A stretch of DNA of 64,000 bases from Christensenellales bacterium (GTDB lineage: Bacteria; Bacillota; Clostridia; Christensenellales; Aristaeellaceae), in NCBI GenBank assembly GCA_040766135.1, contig JAXGRA010000012.1, positions 9,744 to 73,743 on the forward strand, read 5' to 3'. The notes under the pieces were generated by a model that ran no database searches, had not been told where the DNA came from, and worked only from the letters and a program-made list of their open reading frames with translations. Shown piece by piece: positions 1-7,411 of the stretch (within the stretch, counting starts at the first letter, position 1; every line of letters begins with the position of its first letter). Made by a program: the position numbers and the translations under genes.

Positions 1-137
1 TCGACCCGGACAAACCTGTTACCATGATGGTCTTTTTCGAGTTTACGCCGCCGGAGCAGTACCCGGACGCATTCCGTTTAGGACACAGCGAGCAGGATTC
101 TATCCTGATCCCCTTTACCAGATTACCGGCGCAGTAA
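1..137 (+). CDS. 3' end of an unidentified CDS (5' part outside the window)
   Basis: Frame 3 is open from the window edge to TAA 135-137 (DPDKPVTMMVFFEFTPPEQYPDAFRLGHSEQDSILIPFTRLPAQ*). Same strand as the downstream secreted-protein genes. No family recognised. Confidence 0.3.
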   Translation, partial: DPDKPVTMMVFFEFTPPEQYPDAFRLGHSEQDSILIPFTRLPAQ

Positions 138-206
138 GCGCTGTGCAGATCAATATGTAAGCCCGCCAGGCGGCAGGCTGGTTTGTCGATGCCACAATGA
201 AAGGAC

Positions 207-617
207 ATGCATATGAAACATGCAAGGAAAACTCTGGTTTGGATGCTTCTGCTGGCTCCGTCCGGCGTGGTGGCACAGGATGTGCCGCTGGTCGGCGTGC
301 AGCACATGATAAGCACCTATGAAACCTTGATAAAAAACGGTCAGCTGCGCCGGGTGGATAGCGTACAGTTGGGGTATATCGGCTGGTACAACCGGCGCGA
401 CCCCGGCACGCTGACGCTGCTGCCCTGCTGGATGTTGGAAGGCCTGCTGTATAACAGCGCCGCGGACACCGGCCTGTTGGAGGGCACAGATTACCCCATA
501 CTGGACGATCACGTAAGCCAGGTGCTGGTATGCGCGCAGACCGGGCAATGCATCGACCCCTGGCGCGCCGATCAAGGCCGCCTGTACGACCTGCCTGTAA
601 AACTGCCCAAACAATAA
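207..617 (+). CDS. small secreted protein; stand-alone copy of the C-terminal domain shared by the paralogs at 2835, 4065 and 5362
   Basis: ATG 207/213 follows GAAAGGA. Signal-like MKHARKTLVWMLLLAPSGVVAQ. LRRVDSVQLGYIGWYNRRDPGTLTLLPCWMLEG and AQTGQCIDPWRAD align by eye with LRSVDALRLGYVGWYNKSDSGTLTLLPFWVLEG and AQTGELIDSWRAD of ORF 4065..5303. Confidence 0.6.
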   Translation: MHMKHARKTLVWMLLLAPSGVVAQDVPLVGVQHMISTYETLIKNGQLRRVDSVQLGYIGWYNRRDPGTLTLLPCWMLEGLLYNSAADTGLLEGTDYPILDDHVSQVLVCAQTGQCIDPWRADQGRLYDLPVKLPKQ

Positions 618-628
618 GGAGGAACCCC

Positions 629-2821
629 ATGAACATGAGGAAACTGATGTGCCTGTTGCTGTTGCTTGCGCTGCTGCCGCTGACGGCAGGCGCGCAGCCC
701 GCTGCGGCCTTTGCGCCGGGGATGAACCTGTCCGAACGCTTTGACCCGCCACACCGCAATTTAACGGCGCTGACCGCCTTTGACGGACAGGTGGTGTTTG
801 CCGACAACAGCCAGCTGTATGTGGCAACGCCGGACGGGCAAACATACGTGAAGCCCCTCCACGATTTCTTGGGCCCCGTGCGCGAGGGCGGCTACCGCTC
901 CCCTGCCTTTGCACAGGATGAAAAACGCTTGGCGCTGCTGGACACACAAAGCGGCGCGCTGGCGTGGTTAGACCCGTCCGGCGGCGCGCCCGCGCCCGGC
1001 GCCCGGTTGGCGCTGGACTGGCAGGACTATACCGCCGACATGGGCTACTATATGCAGGTAGAGCCGCCCGTGCAGTATGCGCTGGCCGGCGATACGCTGT
1101 ACGCGCTGGACGCCCGGGGTGCCAACATCACCCGTTTTTCATTGGACACCGGCAAAAAACTGCCCGCACTGTCCGCCGCCGCACAGGCCATCGTATCCTA
1201 CCGGGACGGCAAGCTGCTGCTGGTGCAGGCCTTGCCCAGCGCGGATGGGCAGGGGGCCGTGCCCTCGCTGATGGTATACGACCCGCAGGCAAATGCCGCC
1301 GCCCCGGTGCAAGCGCTGACCGGGCAGGTGGGCAGCGTCAGCTATGACCCCGTCAGCGATACGCTGCTGGCCGCGCAGGGCAATACGGTGTACGCCTATC
1401 CCGCCTTGGGGGAGGGAAAGCCCTGCGCCTCGCTGCCCCAGAACGATTTCTTTATGGAATATCTGCCCATTGCGGCGCTGCCCGGCCAGCTGTTGGCCGT
1501 GGGCACGCGCGACAGCATCTACCTGAAATCCGCCGATGCCGCCGCCTTTGCCGAGAAAACGCCGCTTAAGCTGCTGCTGGCCGCCTCCAGCAGCGATGGC
1601 CTCAACCAGGCCGCCAACGCCGTGGAAAACGTGGCGCTCACCGTGGTGCAGGATTCTCTGTCGCCGCTGGAATTTGCGCAGATGATCATCACCGGCGACA
1701 CCGAGCACGACCTGTATTGGGTGAACCTCAGCGCGGTGGATTTTGTGAGCCTGATGAAAAAGGGCTATGCCGCCGACCTGTCCGGCAGCGCCAAGTTAGC
1801 GCAGGCGCACCGGGAGCTGTATCCGCAGGTGCAGCAGGCGGTATCCGATGGGGAGGGCATCTATGCCGTGCCCCTGTCCGCCACCGGCATCACACTGTTG
1901 GGCGAGAAAAGCTATGTGTTTGACGAAAACGGGCAGCCCACGCTGCACACGCTGGACGACCTGCTGCAATATATGCAGATGTGGCCGGACACCATGGCCG
2001 AGGAGCACCCGGACATGACGCCCTACCGGGGGTATGAGGTGAAGTACGGCGCGCATGAGCTGGTGCTGAAAACGTATATCGACAGCTGCATCGGCACCGG
2101 GCAGGAACTGTCCTTTGACACCCCGCAGCTGCGGCAGATGATGGAAAAGCTGGCCGCCATGGACTGGGATGTGCTGGAATGCGGGGACGAGGACTACACC
2201 GCCCCGGTGGTGTTCAGCGATGAATGGCTGATGTTTTTGCATCTGTTCAACGGCGATGGGCGGGACAGCCATGACTATTTCCCCTTTTTGCTGGCGCTGT
2301 CGCCCGATGTGCCCGCGGTGCTGCCGCTGGAGGTCAGCTGCGTGTTTATCAACCCGCGCAGCCCGCATCAGGACGCCGCGCTGCAATTGGTGGAGGCGCT
2401 GCTGGATGCCATGCCCGACGATGACCGCATCATGCTGCACGAGCAGGAGAACACCCCGGTGGAAAACCCATCCTATCAGCAAACGCTTGCCGAATATGAG
2501 GCCCTGCTGGCCCGCAAGCGCGCCCAGATGGACGCCGCCACCGGCGGCGAGCGCAACGAGCTGAAAGCCTGGCTTACGCGCGCCGAACAGCACTATGAGG
2601 AGTTAAAGGTTACCCAGCGCTGGCTCATCAGCGAGCAGAACATCCGCGATTACCGCGCGCTGGCCGCGCACGCCTATGTGCGGCAGTACAACGGCGAATT
2701 CTTAGGCGCGCGCACGGCGGTAGAAACGCTGAGCCAGTATACCGGCGGCAGCATCGACCTGGACAGATTTTTGAGTGACATCCAAAATCGTCTGAATCTG
2801 ATCCGCAACGAAAGCCGGTAA
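629..2821 (+). CDS. large secreted protein of unknown function; the C-terminal half resembles a family-1 solute-binding protein
   Basis: AAGGAGG 616-622 precedes ATG 629, so the track ORF from 530 is an in-frame upstream extension. Signal peptide MNMRKLMCLLLLLALLPLTAGAQP. The middle region DLYWVNLSAVDFVSLMKKGYAADLS is SBP-like. Function not recognised. Confidence 0.7.
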   Translation: MNMRKLMCLLLLLALLPLTAGAQPAAAFAPGMNLSERFDPPHRNLTALTAFDGQVVFADNSQLYVATPDGQTYVKPLHDFLGPVREGGYRSPAFAQDEKRLALLDTQSGALAWLDPSGGAPAPGARLALDWQDYTADMGYYMQVEPPVQYALAGDTLYALDARGANITRFSLDTGKKLPALSAAAQAIVSYRDGKLLLVQALPSADGQGAVPSLMVYDPQANAAAPVQALTGQVGSVSYDPVSDTLLAAQGNTVYAYPALGEGKPCASLPQNDFFMEYLPIAALPGQLLAVGTRDSIYLKSADAAAFAEKTPLKLLLAASSSDGLNQAANAVENVALTVVQDSLSPLEFAQMIITGDTEHDLYWVNLSAVDFVSLMKKGYAADLSGSAKLAQAHRELYPQVQQAVSDGEGIYAVPLSATGITLLGEKSYVFDENGQPTLHTLDDLLQYMQMWPDTMAEEHPDMTPYRGYEVKYGAHELVLKTYIDSCIGTGQELSFDTPQLRQMMEKLAAMDWDVLECGDEDYTAPVVFSDEWLMFLHLFNGDGRDSHDYFPFLLALSPDVPAVLPLEVSCVFINPRSPHQDAALQLVEALLDAMPDDDRIMLHEQENTPVENPSYQQTLAEYEALLARKRAQMDAATGGERNELKAWLTRAEQHYEELKVTQRWLISEQNIRDYRALAAHAYVRQYNGEFLGARTAVETLSQYTGGSIDLDRFLSDIQNRLNLIRNESR

Positions 2822-3785
2822 CCGGAGGGATTTGATGAAACGCTTGTTGATATGGCTCCTTGTTTGTTTGGGCGTATGGACGCCCGCAGCGCACGCTGAT
2901 GAGTGGCAATCCGTGCAGCAGCTGCACCGGCAAGCTGCCGCCGGATGGCGTCAGACGATACAGGCGGGCCGCCGCACGGTGGTCATTGACATAGACATCG
3001 ACGTGCCCGATGTGCAGGCTGTGCCCGTGCTGCGCATTGCCCGCGGCAGCACGGCATATACCCCGCAGGCGCAGCCGGACGAATTGCTCTATACATTCAA
3101 TGGCGGCGGCATCCCCGACTACCCCGGTTGCTTCGCCCTGGTTCATAACGCCCCGGACGGCGAATACTTTTGGGACAAGGGCGGCCTGAACCGGCGGCAG
3201 CCCACGGAATGGAAAAACGCTTATACGCAGGTATATGTCTGGCTGCGCCCGTGGGACATGCAGCGCGCCTGCACGCAGGGCAACCCCTATCCCTTGGGCG
3301 ATGCCGTGCGCGATGTGCAGGCGCTGCTGGATCGCGCAACGGACAGGCAATTGCAATTCTCACTGGACACCGTGGAGACCGTGGGCATTTACAGCGTCAA
3401 GGAATGGACAGGGCAAACCCCAATCTTGGGCGAACTGCTGGCACCGGAATATTACAGGCTGAAATGTACGCAGCACCTGCGCGGCCTGCCGCTGCTGCGC
3501 GCTATGGACATAGAGCTGATGAACAACGATGCCCCCAAAAATGTTCAGAAACATGCTGTGTTTGCCCCAGGCGATGCCGTGGTTAGAATCGCGTCCGCTT
3601 CTTCCTACAGCTTCGGCGTGCGGCCTGTGCATGAAACCGCCGTACTGCACGATGACATCCCGCTGTGCCCGCTTGCCACCATCCAGCAATCCATTGAAAA
3701 ATTGATTTTCTCCGGCCATCTGCGCTCGGTGCACAGCCTGCGCTTTGGGCTGGTGGCCTATAACGACCCGGACAGCGCGGATGGC

Positions 3786-3813
3786 ATCATCGCCATGCCC
3801 GCGTGGGTGGTCA
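3786..3813. repeat. 28-bp direct repeat, copy 1 (ATCATCGCCATGCCCGCGTGGGTGGTCA)
   Basis: Identical to 3847-3874. The bases flanking the two copies differ on both sides, so the repeat is exactly 28 bp. Confidence 0.95.
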
Positions 3814-3846
3814 GAGAAATTGAAATCAATGGCATTAAGGTTGAGG
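3814..3846. other. 33-bp AT-rich insert between the two 28-bp repeats
   Basis: GAGAAATTGAAATCAATGGCATTAAGGTTGAGG. Composition is clearly AT-richer than the surrounding gene, and I saw no second copy in the window. Confidence 0.9.
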
Positions 3847-3874
3847 ATCATCGCCATGCCCGCGTGGGTGGTCA
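3847..3874. repeat. 28-bp direct repeat, copy 2
   Basis: Identical to 3786-3813, offset 61 bp (not a multiple of 3). Confidence 0.95.
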
Positions 3875-4064
3875 AGGGCAACTACTACCGCAACCCGGCC
3901 GTGTCTGACAACCCCTGGAACAGCTTCACCCCGGACGGAAAGGCCTTTATCGGGGGTGCCAACAACTACCTGACCGATATCGTCATCAACGCACAGACCG
4001 GCCGGACGCTGATTGACCTGACCGATGTCCGTGACGTGCTGGCACCGGAGGTGGTGACAAAACA

Positions 4065-5303
4065 ATGAAACCTGCAAAAATCCTTTTATTGGCATTTGTT
4101 TTGTGCTGTCTGACTTTCACGGGCATCACCGCTGAATCAGTAAGCAGTGAACAGATGCAAAGCATCGTTGAATTGAGGGCGAGCGCGCCAGCCACCTGGA
4201 CAGCTGTATATGAAGCACATGGCCGTAAGGTTTCTGTAGATGTCCCGATTACGATTCCTGCGGTGCATACATTTCCCATCGTGCAGGCAACGGGCATGCC
4301 CGCTTCCTCCCTGTTGGATGTGAACCCGGAAGGGATCAACAGCCCATGGGGCCAGATTCTGGATGGTATCGGCGTTATTAACAGCCCGCTCTATTTCAGA
4401 TGGGACAAGCCGGATATGAAGACAAGCAACGATCTGGCGGCAGCCCATCCCACCCCCAAAGGGCTTGTCGGTTCTCTGAAAATACTGACGGTGAATCACA
4501 TCGATATGGATGCTTCCTATGCCTATAAGAACAGCGGTACGATGCGGCAGGCGGAGACATTTCTTAAAGAAGTCTGGGATACATATTTCCCTGGCGTGCC
4601 GTTGGATCTGCTGCCGTATCGAATCTATGCCGGCCAGGAGATGCGGAAACGCGTTGAGGGAAATAGCGCAGCCAAAGGAAAAATTTGGGAGGACTATGAG
4701 GGATATCTATACTGTGAGTTTCATCAAGTCATCAACAGCATACCATTCCTGGATGTGATTGAGCGCGCTTATACGACCTATGCAGGCGGGATGAACCTTC
4801 CTGTATCTGACGACTATTTCAACATGCCGTTTATCAAGCAGCCGCCGCGCTGCATGGCCATGCTCAATGGAGGGAAACATTACGGGGTGGATGGGTTGCG
4901 AACCGCGATTTTCTCCACCGTCACTGTACAGAAGACAATCGCCGACGATGTGCCGCTGTGCAGCTTTGATAAAGTGCTCTCCATCTTTGAAAGCCTTATC
5001 GAGCAAGGAAAACTTCGCAGCGTGGATGCCCTTCGTTTGGGGTATGTTGGGTGGTACAACAAAAGCGATTCTGGGACATTAACCCTTCTTCCTTTTTGGG
5101 TATTGGAGGGGGAGCTGTTTGAATCATCAACAAAAAACGCTCCGCTTTACGGCGATGGATATGATGATGCGGATGCTATTTACCCCCATAGCGCCGAATA
5201 TGGAATGGTTATGGTAAACGCCCAGACAGGCGAGTTAATCGACTCCTGGAGGGCAGACAAGGAGCGCGTTTTTGACAGGCCTGACATCATTACGTGGAAG
5301 TAA
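4065..5303 (+). CDS. secreted paralog-family protein, function unknown
   Basis: ATGA overlap with the restored stop of the upstream gene. Signal MKPAKILLLAFVLCCLTFTGITA. C-terminal domain DDVPLCSF...LRLGYVGWYNKSDSGTLTLLPFWVLEG...VNAQTGELIDSWRAD is shared with three neighbours. Visibly lower GC than the flanks. Confidence 0.75.
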   Translation: MKPAKILLLAFVLCCLTFTGITAESVSSEQMQSIVELRASAPATWTAVYEAHGRKVSVDVPITIPAVHTFPIVQATGMPASSLLDVNPEGINSPWGQILDGIGVINSPLYFRWDKPDMKTSNDLAAAHPTPKGLVGSLKILTVNHIDMDASYAYKNSGTMRQAETFLKEVWDTYFPGVPLDLLPYRIYAGQEMRKRVEGNSAAKGKIWEDYEGYLYCEFHQVINSIPFLDVIERAYTTYAGGMNLPVSDDYFNMPFIKQPPRCMAMLNGGKHYGVDGLRTAIFSTVTVQKTIADDVPLCSFDKVLSIFESLIEQGKLRSVDALRLGYVGWYNKSDSGTLTLLPFWVLEGELFESSTKNAPLYGDGYDDADAIYPHSAEYGMVMVNAQTGELIDSWRADKERVFDRPDIITWK

Positions 5304-5361
5304 GCGCATTTCTTGTCATCTTGATTGGCGACTATGATGCGGGATTACGCGAGGAGGCTTT

Positions 5362-6501
5362 ATGAACAAATCGATTCTTTGCATGCTGTGCGCGCTGATG
5401 CTGGCCGCCTTGATGCCCTGCGCTGCGGCAGGGCAGGCGTATGTGCCGCTGCCCGTTTTGCGCGAGCAGGCACAGGCAGGCATGACCGGCACCTGGGACA
5501 TCAAGGGCTGGACGGTAACGGTCAACATGCAGCCTGACCTGCCGCAGGCGGACACGTGCCCGCTGGTGCGCGTCAAGCTGCCCGGCGACCTGCGGCACCT
5601 GATCCCGAAAAATGCCAGCGATGCAACGTTGCCGTTGGAGCGCGACTACGACACGGCATTCCGCGCCCGCAGCGGCGCCGATGTGTTCTTTGTAGATACG
5701 CCGGGCAACATGGAATTTGCCTATGAGGCGCTGCCCGCAGGCAGCCCAGCCGAGGACAGCCCGCTGACCTGGGCCACCGCCATCGATGCCGTTGCGGCCA
5801 TTGTGGACCCTTTTCTGAAAGAAACCGGGCCGTGCACAATGACCACAAGCAGGCGCATGACGGCCACCACACGCACATACCGCAACATGGCGGAGGGGAT
5901 ATACCGCTGGGACTTACCGGAGCTTGACCGGAGCACGCCGCTGACCCAGATGGGCTTTTATGACCTGCATTGCCTGCAAGCCTTCCACGGCATCCCGCTG
6001 CTGGGCATCACATCCGGCAGCTGGGCCGACAAAGCCACCCGCGATGTGCCGCTACCACGGGGCAGCATAGATGCCGCTATCGCCACCCCGGAGGACTATA
6101 TGATTTCGCTCTCGCTTGCACGGTATGATGCCCTGCTGGCAGATGACCTGCCCCTTGCGCCCTTTGCGCGCATTGTGCAGGAGATTGAGCGCATCTTGGA
6201 TGACGGCCTGGCCTGGAGCATCTCCGGCCTGCGCTTCGGCACGCTGTGCTTCCATGACCCGGACAATGTGGGCAGCGCCTATCTTTTGGTGCCCGTTTGG
6301 GAACTGCAGGGCAGGTTTGTGGAGCAATCCTCCTCCCCTTTCCCCGACCCCGCCGACCCTTTCCTGCCCATCTCTTTGCGCGATGCGAATTACCAAACCT
6401 GCTACATCCATGCCCAGACCGGTGCGTTCCTGAACCCCATGGAACAAACGCCCGGCCGCAGCCTGGCGGAGATTATTACATGGGAGCAGGTGGGGAAGTA
6501 A
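5362..6501 (+). CDS. secreted paralog-family protein, function unknown
   Basis: GAGGAGG precedes ATG 5362. Signal MNKSILCMLCALMLAALMPCAAAGQA. C-terminus DDLPLAPF...LRFGTLCFHDPDNVGSAYLLVPVWELQG...IHAQTGAFLNP matches the family pattern. Confidence 0.75.
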   Translation: MNKSILCMLCALMLAALMPCAAAGQAYVPLPVLREQAQAGMTGTWDIKGWTVTVNMQPDLPQADTCPLVRVKLPGDLRHLIPKNASDATLPLERDYDTAFRARSGADVFFVDTPGNMEFAYEALPAGSPAEDSPLTWATAIDAVAAIVDPFLKETGPCTMTTSRRMTATTRTYRNMAEGIYRWDLPELDRSTPLTQMGFYDLHCLQAFHGIPLLGITSGSWADKATRDVPLPRGSIDAAIATPEDYMISLSLARYDALLADDLPLAPFARIVQEIERILDDGLAWSISGLRFGTLCFHDPDNVGSAYLLVPVWELQGRFVEQSSSPFPDPADPFLPISLRDANYQTCYIHAQTGAFLNPMEQTPGRSLAEIITWEQVGK

Positions 6502-6607
6502 GAGCGCGCCTTAGATTTTATGACACTGCACTCGTATTCAGGAGGTTTTGAATTCGTTATTTATGGTACCACTAAAATAGCGTAAATCTGACCGTTTAAA
6601 CGCTTTC

Positions 6608-7162
6608 TTATGGCGATAAAACCGATGCTTTCCCATATTCTTCAAAAACGCTCAAAAAATATTCCGCAAGTTCGTTGCACCAGGGAGTTTTCGGATTGCC
6701 GTCTACTTTAAAGTAAATGCTTTCTCCGCTTGCATATTCGGCTTTAAAAAACATTGATGAATGGGATTCCGGTAACTCCGGTATGTCCGTTTCGCTAAGC
6801 TCTGACAGCTTAAACTTTTCAATAAGCTTCTGAGCGCCGCTGAGCACTTCATCGCCAACCCTTGTGCTTACGCCGTAGCGGTATGCTTCGCTCAAGATAA
6901 GCTCGTTATTTTCGTTTCGTTCCAGTTTAAACCGGAGGCGCTCGCTGTCACTGCGGTTTATGTCTTTACCTGCATAAAAGAATTCGGCCTCCATTGATGT
7001 TAAATCTTTTGATTCAATCACCTTTGAAGCATCAACGCTTCTATCAACTTTTCCTCCAGGCTCAACATCCGGGGTTATATTGTTTCCTCCGTTATCAGTA
7101 CAAGCGCTCAGCGCAAATGCTATGAGAATGATGAACGCCAATAATTTTATCGAGCTTTTCAT
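6608..7162 (-). CDS. lipoprotein, function unknown
   Basis: GGAGGAGG precedes ATG 7162. MKSSIKLLAFIILIAFALSAC carries a lipobox (LSAC). AT-richer than its neighbours. No family recognised. Confidence 0.7.
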   Translation of the reverse strand: MKSSIKLLAFIILIAFALSACTDNGGNNITPDVEPGGKVDRSVDASKVIESKDLTSMEAEFFYAGKDINRSDSERLRFKLERNENNELILSEAYRYGVSTRVGDEVLSGAQKLIEKFKLSELSETDIPELPESHSSMFFKAEYASGESIYFKVDGNPKTPWCNELAEYFLSVFEEYGKASVLSP

Positions 7163-7252
7163 GGTTTCCTCCTCCAACAATGGTCTGTTTTATAATGTTC
7201 ATGCGAAAGATCAAATGTTCTTCATCATGCAAAGTATAACAGTATTTATACC

Positions 7253-7411
7253 GATATAAAACAGCCATACATCCAAAGAGGAGAGAGAATTTGGCCTGCA
7301 ACAAGAAGCAGACAAGGTCAGCGTAGTGCCGCTCCGCTGACCAAGCAGCCAACACAGTTGCAGGCCAAATTCTCTGGCACGACGATGCGCTCATGTTTGG
7401 AGTCAGTGTTA
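7253..7411. repeat. structured intergenic element, copy A (homolog of 54665-54826)
   Basis: Aligns along ~160 nt with 54665-54826. Long imperfect palindrome GAGAGAATTTGGCCTGCAAC...GTTGCAGGCCAAATTCTCTG with inner stem GGTCAGCG...CGCTGACC. Abuts the thrS stop codon. Confidence 0.8.

Larger units (their letters stand above)
2835..4068 (+). pseudogene. secreted paralog-family protein disrupted by a 61-bp repeat-flanked insertion (frameshift)
   Basis: GGAGGGA precedes ATG 2835. Signal MKRLLIWLLVCLGVWTPAAHA. ORF 2832..3908 loses the family C-terminus after IIAMPAWVV. Frame +1 (3745..4068) resumes IIAMPAWVVKGNYYRNP...INAQTGRTLIDL...VVTKQ*. Deleting 3814-3874 gives one ORF of ~390 codons. Confidence 0.75.

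Noticed and set aside
530-628. Upstream extension of ORF 530..2821, overlapping the end of the 207..617 gene.
   Set aside because: The extension is Arg/Pro-rich with no RBS. AAGGAGG plus ATG 629 precedes a classic signal peptide.
115-947. Long antisense ORFs in the track (115..807 and 150..947 on the minus strand). The same kind occurs at 1796..2593, 8603..9574, 10409..11284, 11733..12824, 15226..15865, 16250..17218, 17420..18667, 35603..36550, 36465..37250, 38550..39323, 48619..49563, 51870..52601, 58095..59129 and 60229..61248.
   Set aside because: These are shadow ORFs expected in high-GC DNA. Their translations are Arg/Ala/Gly/Pro/His-rich, they lack RBSs and recognisable motifs, and each overlaps a well-supported gene on the opposite strand.
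3786-3874. Annotating the 28-33-28 unit as a CRISPR array.
   Set aside because: There are only two repeats and one spacer, inside a coding region, with no leader and no cas genes in the window. It is reported as a finding (possible integration footprint) but not called as a CRISPR feature.
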